Shown here piece by piece: positions 37,442-47,599 of a stretch of DNA of 63,069 nt (position 1 is the first letter of the stretch; each line of letters begins with the position of its first letter). The position numbers were made by a program, and so were the translations under genes. The notes beneath the pieces are model-generated. The model was given only the letters and a program-made list of their open reading frames with translations, had not been told where the DNA came from and did not search any database. Source of the DNA: Rhodospirillales bacterium (GTDB lineage Bacteria > Pseudomonadota > Alphaproteobacteria > CACIAM-22H2); the NCBI GenBank assembly GCA_947445225.1, contig CANFCX010000001.1, positions 154,287 through 217,355 on the forward strand, in the 5' to 3' direction.

Positions 37442-39313
37442 ATGAACCTTCAGGTAAAGGATAAGCAACGCCAATCCGCGGCGGGCAAACACACCGCGCC
37501 GCCTTTGCCCGGCTTGACTCCCGAACTCGCTGCGTTGCTGGGCCGGGCACCCAAGGTCACGACCTCCGCCAAGCGCGAAGTCTTGATCGAATTGGCTTTG
37601 GGTGGAACGGGCAGCGACACCTACGACGTTGTGTACGACGTTCCGGGCAAGGGTGCGGTCACCGAGGCCACGGTCGTGCGCTGCCGGAACGGCTTGGCCG
37701 TGAACTACCCCGATCCGAAAATGCGGCGGCGCGATCCGGATTGCATGGTCATCGCCGATGATGGCCCGACCGACAAACCGCAATTCAAGGATCGCTTCGG
37801 CATCGGATTCGATGGGTTGCGAGGCGAGATTCTGGCCTGGCTGGAGAGCCAGGAATTAATTGTGCTGCCCTTCCGCGCGGGCGGAAACCTGATTGGATAC
37901 GACGCCCTGCTCGTGGCCCCGGCCAATGCCGCTTTTTTCGCGGCCGCGCTCGGCGATCTGCAAGGCAAGATACCCGGCGGCGAGGTGCCCGCCGATTTTT
38001 CGCCGCGCGCGGTGATCTATCTCGCGCCACCCTTCCGCCATACGCATTGCAAGGGCGAGCAGATCGTTGTCCATAACCGGACAAAGGGCCTGCACGAGAT
38101 ATTTTCCCTGAACCTTTATCCGGGCCCCAGCGCCAAGAAGGGCGTGTACGGAGTGCTGCTGTCGATCGGCGAGACCGAAGGCTGGCTGACGGCCCATGGC
38201 TCGGTCGTGCAGGTCGTCACACCCTATGACAACGTCGTCACCATCATGCACGAAGGGGCGAGCGGCAGCGGCAAAAGCGAAATGCTCGAATATCCGCATC
38301 GCGAGTTCGATGGGCGTTTGCTGCTCGGGGAAAACGTGGTCACCAAGGAACGCCGCCGCATCGTTCTTAACCAGGGGTGCGAGCTGCGTCCGGTGACCGA
38401 CGACATGGCGCTCAGCCACCCGTCGTTTCAGGGACAAAGCGGCAAACTTCAGGTTTCGGACGCCGAAGATGCGTGGTTCGTGCGTGTCGACCATATCGAC
38501 CATTACGGCGTCGATCCGCATCTGGAACGGCTCACCCTGCACCCGCCGAAACCGCTGATCTTCCTCAATCTTGAGGCCGTCCCTAATTCGAGTTGCCTGA
38601 TCTGGGACCACATCGAGGATGCGCCCGGCAAACGCTGCCCCAATCCCCGCGTTATCGTGCCGCGCGCCGCGGTACCCGGGATCGTCGATGGGCCGGTGGA
38701 AGTCGATGTGCGTAGCTTCGGCGTGCGCGCGCCGCCCTGTACGCGCGAGAATCCGACCTATGGCATTTTCGGCCTGATTCATTTTCTGCCCCCGGCGCTG
38801 GCCTGGCTGTGGCGGCTGGTGTCGCCGCGCGGCCACGCCAACCCCAGCATTATCGGGGGCACCGGCCTTTCCAGCGAAGGCGTCGGTTCTTACTGGCCTT
38901 TCGCGACCGGCCGGCGTGTTGACCAGGCGAATTTGCTGCTCGGTCAGATCCGTTCGACCCCGCGCACGCGTTTCCTTCTGTTCCCCAATCAGCATATCGG
39001 CGCCTGGCGCGTCGGTTTCATGGCGCAGTGGATTGGGCGTGAATACATTGCCCGCCGCGGCGGCGCCAAATTCCGGCCCGACCAATTGGTGCCCGCGCGT
39101 TCGGCGCTGCTGGGTTATGCGCTGCGCCATATGCAGGTCGAGGGCACCGTGATCGGGCATTGGTTCCTTGAGACCAACACCCAACCCGAGGTAACGGACG
39201 AAGGCTACGACGCCGGGGCGCTCCAGTTGTTCGATTTCTTCCGCCGCGAGTTGACACCCTATCTCGACGAGGCCGACCTCGATCCCACCGGACGCGACAT
39301 CATTCGATGCTGA
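37442..39313 (+). CDS. Uncharacterised P-loop protein with PEPCK-like motif order and an HprK-like Walker A (DUF4914-like from memory, unverified)
   Basis: LYPGPSAKKGVYG, HEGASGSGKSEML, PVTDDMAL, CPNPRVIVPR and HFLPPALA occur in the same order as the PEPCK motifs YxGEMKKG, GLSGTGKTT, GDDEHGW, ENTR..P and VLPP. Confidence 0.6.
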   Translation: MNLQVKDKQRQSAAGKHTAPPLPGLTPELAALLGRAPKVTTSAKREVLIELALGGTGSDTYDVVYDVPGKGAVTEATVVRCRNGLAVNYPDPKMRRRDPDCMVIADDGPTDKPQFKDRFGIGFDGLRGEILAWLESQELIVLPFRAGGNLIGYDALLVAPANAAFFAAALGDLQGKIPGGEVPADFSPRAVIYLAPPFRHTHCKGEQIVVHNRTKGLHEIFSLNLYPGPSAKKGVYGVLLSIGETEGWLTAHGSVVQVVTPYDNVVTIMHEGASGSGKSEMLEYPHREFDGRLLLGENVVTKERRRIVLNQGCELRPVTDDMALSHPSFQGQSGKLQVSDAEDAWFVRVDHIDHYGVDPHLERLTLHPPKPLIFLNLEAVPNSSCLIWDHIEDAPGKRCPNPRVIVPRAAVPGIVDGPVEVDVRSFGVRAPPCTRENPTYGIFGLIHFLPPALAWLWRLVSPRGHANPSIIGGTGLSSEGVGSYWPFATGRRVDQANLLLGQIRSTPRTRFLLFPNQHIGAWRVGFMAQWIGREYIARRGGAKFRPDQLVPARSALLGYALRHMQVEGTVIGHWFLETNTQPEVTDEGYDAGALQLFDFFRRELTPYLDEADLDPTGRDIIRC

Positions 39314-39393
39314 CTCGACGGCGGTGCGCTGGGCGAGTACGAGAGCCTGTTACCGGCCGCATGACGTGAGGCGGTAAGGAAAGTACGCCACGG

Positions 39394-40056
39394 ATGGGCG
39401 AGCCCCGCGTGCATCCCGAACTCTGGCGCCTGGAGCCTTTGAGCCGCGAATTCGGCGGCGACCGCGGCACGTCGCTCGATCGCTACTACATCGAGGGATG
39501 GCTGGCGCGAAACGCGAGCGACGTGCGGGGCCGCGTGCTGGAAGTCGGCGATAACATCTACACGCGCCGTTTCGGCGGGCGCGCCGTCGCCACAAGCGAC
39601 GTCGTCTATCTGAAGCCAGGCAAACCGGGGGTGACCATCGTCGCGGATCTGCGCGATGCGCCGGCCATTCCATCGCGGGCGTTCGACTGCGTTATCCTGA
39701 CCCAGACCTTGCACCTGATCGACGATATCAAGGCGGCGCTGGCCACGGTTCATCGGGTGCTCAAGCCGGGCGGCGTGTGCCTGGCATCCCTGCCGGGAAT
39801 TTCACAGATCAGCAGTTACGACGCCGCGCGTTGGGGCGATCATTGGCGGTTTACGCCGCATTCGGCGCGCAAGCTGTTCGAGGATGCCTTCACAGGCGGC
39901 GCGGTATCCGTGGAGTCCATGGGTAATGTGTTGAGCGCGTGCGGTTTCCTTCAGGGCATCGCGACACACGAACTAACGCGCGACGAACTGGACTTCAACG
40001 ATGCCGATTATCCGTTGGTCGTCGCCGTGCGCGCAGCGAGGAACACCGTCGCCTAG
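39394..40056 (+). CDS. Class I SAM-dependent methyltransferase
   Basis: Motif I VLEVGDN, acidic ADLRD, and motif III-like VLKPGGV. Confidence 0.75.
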   Translation: MGEPRVHPELWRLEPLSREFGGDRGTSLDRYYIEGWLARNASDVRGRVLEVGDNIYTRRFGGRAVATSDVVYLKPGKPGVTIVADLRDAPAIPSRAFDCVILTQTLHLIDDIKAALATVHRVLKPGGVCLASLPGISQISSYDAARWGDHWRFTPHSARKLFEDAFTGGAVSVESMGNVLSACGFLQGIATHELTRDELDFNDADYPLVVAVRAARNTVA

Positions 40057-40064
40057 GGCGCCCG

Positions 40065-40727
40065 TCACTCGCCGACGTTGAACCGGTTCACCCGAAGCTT
40101 TTTCAAAACCGCGGTCAATTCCCGACCGACCACCCCGCCTTCCTGCTTCAACTCATTCTTGAAGACACCGCGCAGCGCGAAGACATGAAGGCCGAGTAGG
40201 TCGAGGTCTTCCTCCGACCATTCGCGGCCGGGGTCGAGGAATTTGCAGACCGTGTCGGCAACCAAGGTCGCGAGCGGATAGCCGAAGGTTCCGCTTTGGC
40301 CGCGGATTTCGTGGGAAGCGTCATACATCGCCGACCGGTATTTGCGGATATTCGCCGGGTCCTTGGCCGCCGCTTCATAGGCTTTCCGCAGCTTTTCCAA
40401 TTCCGGTTCGATTTCGCGGATGAAACTGCCGGAATAATGGATGACCGCGAGGTCGGCCTTGCCAAGCGCCTCTTCGATTTCGACGCCCCCGGTTGAGCCG
40501 ACTTTCTGCCGGATATGTTTGGGGGGGCGGATGACCTCGGCCTTTTTGCGGGCGCGAATTGAGGCAGCGGTCTGGGCTGGCTTGGAAGCGGCCGATGGCG
40601 AGAGCATCGGCGCCTCGGCTTTCGGCTCGCCCTGAACAACCATGAAATCGAGGGGCGCGGGGTCGCGTCGACCTCCGGGCCGCGGCGGCGTGATGATTTC
40701 CGCCTGCTTCGGTGGCGGCTTGTTCAC
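40065..40727 (-). CDS. Hpt-like (histidine phosphotransfer) protein, paralog 2
   Basis: SHEIRGQSGTFGYPLAT fits the Hpt H-x-[LI]-[KR]-G-x-[SA]-x-x-[FL]-G pattern. GTG 40727 overlaps the upstream stop as GTGA. Alternative starts at ATG 40643 or 40607. Confidence 0.55.
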   Translation of the reverse strand: MNKPPPKQAEIITPPRPGGRRDPAPLDFMVVQGEPKAEAPMLSPSAASKPAQTAASIRARKKAEVIRPPKHIRQKVGSTGGVEIEEALGKADLAVIHYSGSFIREIEPELEKLRKAYEAAAKDPANIRKYRSAMYDASHEIRGQSGTFGYPLATLVADTVCKFLDPGREWSEEDLDLLGLHVFALRGVFKNELKQEGGVVGRELTAVLKKLRVNRFNVGE

Positions 40728-41224
40728 GATTTCTTTCCGGGGCCGCTTTCCGCGCCGGCTTTGGCCAGAAGCCGTTTGAGTTCGGCCCCGACGGCGCCGC
40801 CATCGTGTTTGAGTTTCTGTTTGAAGATCGTGGTCAGAGCCTGGACATGGAGACCGAGCAAATCGAGGTCGCGGGCGGTAATCTCTTCGTGGTCGAGAAG
40901 TTTGCACAGCGAGTCGGCGAAGATTGTTGCCAGCGGATAGCCGAAAGTGCCGCTTTGCCCGCGAATTTCGTGAGAGGCGTTGAACATCGCGGTGCGGTGT
41001 TTGGCGATTTCCGCGGGTGCCGCGGCGGCGGCGGCGAAGGCCTTTTCCAGATTCTCCAGTTCGGGCGTGATATCCGTGAGAAAACTTGTATCGGCGATTT
41101 CCGACACCGCGGCATTGGCGCGCGCGATGGCGTCGTCAACGTCGACGCCGCCGCTGCTGCCGACTCTGTCGCGGATATGGCGTGGCGGCTTGATGACTTC
41201 GGTGCGTTGGCGTTGCCTGATCAT
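40724..41224 (-). CDS. Hpt-like (histidine phosphotransfer) protein, paralog 1
   Basis: The same SHEIRGQSGTFGYPLAT block. ATG 41224 overlaps the receiver gene stop as ATGA. Confidence 0.6.
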   Translation of the reverse strand: MIRQRQRTEVIKPPRHIRDRVGSSGGVDVDDAIARANAAVSEIADTSFLTDITPELENLEKAFAAAAAAPAEIAKHRTAMFNASHEIRGQSGTFGYPLATIFADSLCKLLDHEEITARDLDLLGLHVQALTTIFKQKLKHDGGAVGAELKRLLAKAGAESGPGKKS

Positions 41225-41724
41225 TTGACCACCTTTGCCGATTCCGGTTTGCGCCGGTCGGGCCCATCGTAGGTGCGGCGACCGCGCCTGCGATCGGGGC
41301 CGAAATAGGTCTCCGTACGTACGAAGTTACGGGTGTCCTCGACCACGGACTTGATTCGGTCATAGACGCCCTTGGCGGTAACGGGCTTGGCGAGGAATTC
41401 GGTGACGCCGGCGTCCCGCGCTTCAAGAACGCGATATTCTTCGGTATAGGCCGTGATCATGATCACCGGCACGTAGGGATTGGGCGAATTCTTGTCGGCG
41501 CGGATGCGGCGGACGAAATCGAGCCCGCTGGTCGGCGGCATGTTCCAATCCGAGATGATGAGATCCGGATTGAATCGCTTGAGGATTTCCCAGGATTGGT
41601 CGGCGTCGGACGCAACTTCGACCTTTTTGATATTCAAGGCCTCAAGAAATGTCCGCACCAGCCCGCGCATCTGGCGGCTGTCGTCGGCGAGCAAAACCTT
41701 AAGCTGTCCGTAGTTGAAGGCCAT
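41221..41724 (-). CDS. Single-domain CheY-like response regulator with Arg-rich C-terminal tail
   Basis: LLADDS acidic pocket, phospho-acceptor in LIISDWNMP, VIMITAY and FLAKP. Tail is YFGPDRRRGRRTYDGPDRRK. Confidence 0.85.
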   Translation of the reverse strand: MAFNYGQLKVLLADDSRQMRGLVRTFLEALNIKKVEVASDADQSWEILKRFNPDLIISDWNMPPTSGLDFVRRIRADKNSPNPYVPVIMITAYTEEYRVLEARDAGVTEFLAKPVTAKGVYDRIKSVVEDTRNFVRTETYFGPDRRRGRRTYDGPDRRKPESAKVVK

Positions 41725-41877
41725 TGCAAAGCTCTCCCATGGCGGCCCAAGCCGCCTCGCCTCGGCTCGGATCGAGGCGGGATTATAGAAGCACCGCAGG
41801 CGGTTGCGCTACCCTACGGTTGATTGATGGGCGGCAGGGCGATCGATGTTCTCTGCTCGTTCTTGAGGAGACACACC

Positions 41878-42813
41878 ATGACTGCCGCGGCCCTGTGTGG
41901 TGTCTGGGCACCGGTTCTAACCCCGTTTCGTCGCGACCTTTCGGTCGATCTGCCGCGCTTGGTCAACCATTGCCAACGCCTGCTCGCCGAAGGTTGTCAC
42001 GGGCTCGTCGTCTTCGGGACAACGAGCGAGGCCAATTCCCTTTCGCTCGATGAGCGTGAGGAGACTCTGACAGCTCTCGTCGCGGCCGGAATTCCATCGG
42101 CGTTGCTTTTGCCGGGAACTGGAAACTGCGCGATTCCTGACACCGTCCGGCTGACCAGAAGGGCGGTCGCTTTGGGCTGCCCCGCGGTTTTGATGTTGCC
42201 GCCTTTCTATTTCAAGGCGGTCGGCGATGAGGGACTATTCCGCTTCTACGCGGAAACCATCGAACGCGCAGGCGATCCAAATCTGCGCGTCTTTCTGTAC
42301 CACATTCCGTCGGTCACGCAGGTCGGGCTCGGGCCGGCGTTGATCGAAAGGCTGCGTGACGCCTATGGCGGCATCGTGGTGGGCATCAAGGACTCCTCGG
42401 GCGATTGGAACAACACGCGCGCCTTGCTTGAGGCCTTTCCCGATCTCACCATTTTTACGGGGTCGGAGGGGAATCTGCTGGCGACGCTGCGCGGCGGCGG
42501 CGCCGGAATCATCTCCGCCGCGGCCAATATCAACGCCAGAGCCATTCGGCGCCTTTACGATAGGTGGCGGGAGGCGGATGCCGAAGAGATGCAGGCGGCG
42601 TTGAATCAAATTCGGCAGGCGATCAAGCCATTCCCCTTGATGGCGGCGCTCAAGCTGATCTTGTCCGCGCGGCTGGATGACGGGGAGTGGAACCGGGTGC
42701 GCCCGCCCTTGAGCGAGATGACAGCGGGCGACACCCACGCGCTATTCGCGAATCTTGCGAGTATTGGCTTTCCGATCAAAGGCTTGCCGTTTACCGGCCC
42801 AATGTTAGATTGA
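41878..42813 (+). CDS. Dihydrodipicolinate synthase/N-acetylneuraminate lyase (DapA) family protein
   Basis: GTTSE motif (VFGTTSEANSL) and Schiff-base lysine context VGIKDSSG. SD GAGGAG precedes ATG 41878. Confidence 0.8.
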   Translation: MTAAALCGVWAPVLTPFRRDLSVDLPRLVNHCQRLLAEGCHGLVVFGTTSEANSLSLDEREETLTALVAAGIPSALLLPGTGNCAIPDTVRLTRRAVALGCPAVLMLPPFYFKAVGDEGLFRFYAETIERAGDPNLRVFLYHIPSVTQVGLGPALIERLRDAYGGIVVGIKDSSGDWNNTRALLEAFPDLTIFTGSEGNLLATLRGGGAGIISAAANINARAIRRLYDRWREADAEEMQAALNQIRQAIKPFPLMAALKLILSARLDDGEWNRVRPPLSEMTAGDTHALFANLASIGFPIKGLPFTGPMLD

Positions 42814-42876
42814 ACGAGGAGCGGGTCGGGGCGACCGTTCGGGACGTGAAAACATGACGTCTGCGAAGGGGGAACC

Positions 42877-43188
42877 ATGGTCAGGCGCGTTTTGGGTTGG
42901 CTTCTGTTGGCCCTCGCCGCTCTGCTTTTCGGTGCCGGCTTGTTCAACTGGGCCACCGGCAATGGCGGCATCGCCGCTCGGCTGGGCCAGGCCTGGGCGG
43001 ATATTCACGGCGGCAGCCTAACGGCGTTGCAGGCGGTGGTTGCGGATGATCTGCATCCGACGCTGTGGCGGTATCTGATCGGGCCGGTCCTGGAGACGCC
43101 GATCTGGATCGCCACGCCGGCGGTCGTGGCGGTTGCCGTTCTGCTGCTCCAGCGGCGCCGGCGCCGCCGTTTCGGTTTGCGGGATTAA
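42877..43188 (+). CDS. Small hypothetical membrane protein
   Basis: 103 aa with two hydrophobic segments and an RRRRRR tail. SD GAAGGGGGAA precedes the ATG. Confidence 0.45.
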   Translation: MVRRVLGWLLLALAALLFGAGLFNWATGNGGIAARLGQAWADIHGGSLTALQAVVADDLHPTLWRYLIGPVLETPIWIATPAVVAVAVLLLQRRRRRRFGLRD

Positions 43189-43198
43189 GACTTCGCGG

Positions 43199-45001
43199 TC
43201 ATTCCCCGCGCGCCTTGAGCGCGGCGAGGAATGCCGATTGCGGAATCTCGACCTTGCCGAATTGGCGCATCCGCTTTTTGCCTTCTTTTTGTTTGTCCAG
43301 CAGCTTGCGCTTGCGGCTGATGTCGCCGCCGTAACATTTGGCCAACACGTCCTTGCGCAAGGCCTTGACGGTCTCGCGGGCGACGATACGTCCGCCGATG
43401 GCCGCCTGGATGGCGATCTGGAAAAGCTGACGCGGGATGAGTTCCTTGAGCTTTTCGCACAGGACACGCCCGCGCGATTCGGCGGCGCTGCGGTGGACGA
43501 TGGTGGCAAGGGCGTCCACCGGTTCGGCATTGACCAGGATCGACAACCTAACAAGGTCGTTCTGCGCGTAACCGTCGATCTGATAGTCGAAGCTGGCATA
43601 ACCGCGCGAAACCGATTTCAGACGGTCGTGGAAATCGAAGACGACTTCGTTGAGCGGCAAACGATAGACGAGCATCGCGCGGCTGCCGGCATAGGTCAGA
43701 TCGACCTGGACACCCCGTCGTTCCTGGCAAAGGGCGAGAACCGAGCCCAGATAGGTGTCGGGCACCATGATCGTGGCCTTGATCCAGGGCTCTTCGATGT
43801 GATCGATGCGAACGGGATCGGGCATGTCGGCCGGGTTGTGCATTTCCATGACCGAGCCGTCGGTCAGGAAGATGCGATAAACGACCGATGGCGCGGTGGC
43901 GATAAGGTCGAGGTTGAATTCCCGGACCAGGCGCTCCTGGATGATTTCAAGGTGGAGCAGACCGAGGAAACCGCAGCGGAATCCGAAGCCGAGCGCGGCG
44001 GAGGTTTCCGGTTCATAGAGAAAGCTGGCGTCATTCAGGCGCAGTTTCGACAGGCTGTCGCGGAGCCGCTCGAAATCGGCGGCATCGATCGGGAACAACC
44101 CGCAGAACACGACCGGGAGGCTGGGTTTGAAGCCGGGCAGAGCCGCCGCGGTGGGCCGCCGATCCTCGGTCAACGTATCGCCCACGCGGCAATCGGCGAC
44201 GCTGCGGATGCCGGCGGTGATGAACCCGACCTCGCCCGGACCCAGGCTCGGCACGTCCTTCAGCTTCGGCGTGAAGAAGCCAACACGGTCGACATCGTGA
44301 ACCGCGCCGGTCGCCATCATGCGCAGGCGCAGCCCTTTTTTGAGTTCGCCATCCTTGACCCGCACAAGGATGACCACGCCGAGATAGGAATCGTACCAGC
44401 TGTCGACGAGAAGAGCCTTGAGCGGTGCTGTCGTTTCGCCGACCGGCGGCGGCAGTCTTTCGACGATGGCTTCAAGCACGTCGTCGATACCCAGCCCGGT
44501 CTTGGCCGAAATGGGCACGGCATGGGTAGCGTCGAGGCCGACGACTTCTTCGATCTGCGCGCGCACACGCTCCGGCTCGGCCGCCGGCAGGTCGATCTTG
44601 TTGAGCACGGGCACGATGTCATGGCCGGCGTCGATGGCCTGATAGGCATTGGCCAAAGTCTGGGCCTCGACGCCCTGGGTGGCGTCGACGATGAGGAGCG
44701 AGCCTTCACACGCCGCGAGCGACCGGCTCACCTCATAGGAGAAATCGACATGGCCGGGCGTGTCCATCAGGTTGAGCTGATAGGTCTTCCCGTTCTTCGC
44801 CTTGTAGGTCAGCCGGACCGTCTGCGCCTTGATGGTGATGCCGCGTTCGCGTTCGATATCCATCGAATCGAGCATTTGGTCGCGGAAGTCGCGCGATTCG
44901 ACGCCGCCGCAACGCTGGATCAGACGATCCGCCAACGTCGACTTGCCATGGTCGATATGGGCGATGATGGCGAAATTTCGGATATGAGCGAGATCGGTCA
45001 T
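43199..45001 (-). CDS. lepA: Elongation factor 4 (LepA)
   Basis: G1 [10 protein letters not shown]3 DTPGHVDF and a LepA C-terminal domain. ATG 45001 chosen. Confidence 0.95.
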   Translation of the reverse strand: MTDLAHIRNFAIIAHIDHGKSTLADRLIQRCGGVESRDFRDQMLDSMDIERERGITIKAQTVRLTYKAKNGKTYQLNLMDTPGHVDFSYEVSRSLAACEGSLLIVDATQGVEAQTLANAYQAIDAGHDIVPVLNKIDLPAAEPERVRAQIEEVVGLDATHAVPISAKTGLGIDDVLEAIVERLPPPVGETTAPLKALLVDSWYDSYLGVVILVRVKDGELKKGLRLRMMATGAVHDVDRVGFFTPKLKDVPSLGPGEVGFITAGIRSVADCRVGDTLTEDRRPTAAALPGFKPSLPVVFCGLFPIDAADFERLRDSLSKLRLNDASFLYEPETSAALGFGFRCGFLGLLHLEIIQERLVREFNLDLIATAPSVVYRIFLTDGSVMEMHNPADMPDPVRIDHIEEPWIKATIMVPDTYLGSVLALCQERRGVQVDLTYAGSRAMLVYRLPLNEVVFDFHDRLKSVSRGYASFDYQIDGYAQNDLVRLSILVNAEPVDALATIVHRSAAESRGRVLCEKLKELIPRQLFQIAIQAAIGGRIVARETVKALRKDVLAKCYGGDISRKRKLLDKQKEGKKRMRQFGKVEIPQSAFLAALKARGE

Positions 45002-45193
45002 CGGCTCGGCGGGGGCGCTGGCGGAAATGGGCCACGGTCGGCGATCCGCGCGGCCGGCGAAAGCCACAAGCCGCGCGCGGTGCACCGATTGTCCGGTACG
45101 GGGTGGGCAGCAACATAGGTGGACCCAACCGCGCGCGCAACTCCCGCGCTCACCGCCCGTGGGAAGATGGGCGGAGACGGGCGTGCGGGCAGA

Positions 45194-47599
45194 TCAGGCA
45201 CGCAGCGTGCCGGCGGTGGCTTTGGCGACGGCGGCGACGATTTTTTGTCCGACCGCCTCGATGTCGGCATCGGTCAATGTCCGTTCGTTGGGCTGGAGCC
45301 GCACCGCGATCGCGATGGATTTTTTGCCCGGCCCGACGCCTTCACCTTCGTACAGGTCGAAGACCGAAACCTCGGCGATCAGACCGCGATCGGCGCCGCG
45401 CGCGGCCCGCAACACCGCTTCCGCCGGCACCGTCGAATCAACAACGAAGGCGAAATCGCGTTCCAGCGGCAGCAATGCCGAGGGTTTGAGGAGGGGCCGC
45501 GCCTTGCCGGCGCGTTCCTTCGGCGGCGGCAGGGCCGACAGGTTCAGCTCAAAGCCGCAGGCCGGACCCTTGAGGTCGAACCGCGTCAGAAGTCGCGGAT
45601 GGATTTCGCCGAAATGACCGATGACTTTCGGCCCCAGCCGCAAGGTTCCGGCGCGGCCGGGGTGGTACCACCCCGGTGGATCGGTGGCCACCTGGGCGGC
45701 GTCGGCGCCGATGCCAGCGGCGGCGAGCGCCGCCAGGATGTCCGCCTTGGCGTCCAAGGCATCGGCCTTGCGCTGGTGGCTCGACCAGTGGCGCGGGCGC
45801 GATTGGCCGACGCGCAGACCGGTCGCGGCAAGCGACTGATCCGCGGCGGTTTCACCGGCATATTGCGGGCCGATTTCGAACAAGGCGAGATCGGGCAGCC
45901 CGCGATCGGCGTTGCGTTTGGCCGCTTCCAGCAGATTGGGCAAGATCGAGGGCCGCATCAGATCGAGATCGGCGCTGATCGGATTGGCGAGCTTGAGCGA
46001 TTCGCGGATCCCGAACGGCTCGGCCAATGACGCGCTCATGAATGAATACGTCACCGCCTCGACCATGCCGCGCGCAGCGAGAGCGCGGCGCACCAGGGCC
46101 TCGCGCCGCTGCGCCGGCGTGCGCGCGATCCGGGGAAGGTTGCTTTCGCGCGGCAGCGACAAGGCCGGGATGCGGTCATAACCATAGACCCGCGCGACCT
46201 CTTCGACCAAATCGGGTTCACCTTCGATATCCGGGCGCCAGGACGGGACGTCGACGCTCAGCCCATCGACGTCGGGCGAATTGGTGAAGCCGAGATCGGT
46301 GAGGATGCGTGCGCTGTCGACCAAGGGAAGCGTAATCCCGCCGAGGCCGTGCAGGCGGTCGGCGCGCAAATGGACCTTGCGTTGCCAACGAGGTTCGGCG
46401 CCGGCGACCACGAGTTCGCCGGCCTCCCCGCCGCAGAGCTCAAGCACCATCTTGGTCGCCGCTTCCATCCCCGCGAAGACGAAGGCCGGATCGACGCCGC
46501 GCTCGAAGCGATGGCGGGCGTCGCTGTCGATGCCGAGCTTGCGGCCGGTCGCGGCCGTGCGCAGCGGATCGAACAGCGCGGCCTCGATGAAGACATTGGT
46601 CGTGGTTTCGGTGCAACCGGTCGATTCCCCGCCGATGACGCCGCCCAGGGACAACACGCCGTCGTCGTCGGCGATCACGGTCATGCCGGGATCGAGCGTA
46701 TAGGTCTTGCCGTCGAGCGCGGGCAGGCTTTCGTTGGGCTTGGCGAGCCGGACAGTCAGGGAGCCGGCGATCGTGTCGGCGTCGAAGACGTGAAGCGGCC
46801 GGCAGGCATCGATGGCGATGAAATTGGTGATGTCGACGAGGGCCGAGATCGGCCGCAGTCCCACTGCCTTCAGCCGCCGCTGCAGCCAATCCGGGCTCGG
46901 TCGATTCCTCACCCCCCAGATCATGCGACCGACGAAGTGTGGGCAAGCATTGGTGGTGCCGTCGGGAAAATCGAGATAGACGCGGATCGGGCTTGGGATC
47001 GGCTTGGCCGGGGCGGCGCCGGCGAACGCCCAGGGTTTGAGTTTTCCCAGACCGGCCGCGGCGAGGTCGCGAGCGACACCGCGCACGCCCAGACAATCGG
47101 GCCGATTGGCCGTGACCTTGATGTAGATGAGCGGATCGTCGAGACCGAGCACGCCGGCGATGGGCTCGCCGATGCGGGCCTCGCCAGGTAGATCGATGAT
47201 GCCGTCGTGATCCTCGTTCAGCCCCAATTCGCGCGCTGAGCACAACATCCCCGCGCTGTCCACGCCGCGGATCGCCGATTTCTTCAGCAGGATCCCGGTT
47301 CCCGGCAGGGTGACGCCGGGCGCGGCGAAGGCCGCTTTCATGCCGGCGCGGGCGTTGGGCGCGCCGCACACGACTTGCACGACGCCCTTGCCGGTATCGA
47401 CGCGGCATACTTGCAGACGGTCCGCGTCGGGATGCCGTTCGGCCGAAATCACATGGGCGACGGTGAACGGCGCCAGTGCCGCGCCGCGATCCTCCACGCT
47501 TTCGACTTCGAGGCCAAGCGCGGTCAGGCGCGTCTGGATGTCATCAAGCGATGTGTTGGTGTCGAGATGGTCCTTGAGCCAGCCTAGCGTGAACTTCAT
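45194..47599 (-). CDS. pheT: Phenylalanine--tRNA ligase beta subunit
   Basis: [14 protein letters not shown] start. ATG 47599 overlaps the pheS stop as ATGA. About 800 aa. Confidence 0.95.
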   Translation of the reverse strand: MKFTLGWLKDHLDTNTSLDDIQTRLTALGLEVESVEDRGAALAPFTVAHVISAERHPDADRLQVCRVDTGKGVVQVVCGAPNARAGMKAAFAAPGVTLPGTGILLKKSAIRGVDSAGMLCSARELGLNEDHDGIIDLPGEARIGEPIAGVLGLDDPLIYIKVTANRPDCLGVRGVARDLAAAGLGKLKPWAFAGAAPAKPIPSPIRVYLDFPDGTTNACPHFVGRMIWGVRNRPSPDWLQRRLKAVGLRPISALVDITNFIAIDACRPLHVFDADTIAGSLTVRLAKPNESLPALDGKTYTLDPGMTVIADDDGVLSLGGVIGGESTGCTETTTNVFIEAALFDPLRTAATGRKLGIDSDARHRFERGVDPAFVFAGMEAATKMVLELCGGEAGELVVAGAEPRWQRKVHLRADRLHGLGGITLPLVDSARILTDLGFTNSPDVDGLSVDVPSWRPDIEGEPDLVEEVARVYGYDRIPALSLPRESNLPRIARTPAQRREALVRRALAARGMVEAVTYSFMSASLAEPFGIRESLKLANPISADLDLMRPSILPNLLEAAKRNADRGLPDLALFEIGPQYAGETAADQSLAATGLRVGQSRPRHWSSHQRKADALDAKADILAALAAAGIGADAAQVATDPPGWYHPGRAGTLRLGPKVIGHFGEIHPRLLTRFDLKGPACGFELNLSALPPPKERAGKARPLLKPSALLPLERDFAFVVDSTVPAEAVLRAARGADRGLIAEVSVFDLYEGEGVGPGKKSIAIAVRLQPNERTLTDADIEAVGQKIVAAVAKATAGTLRA

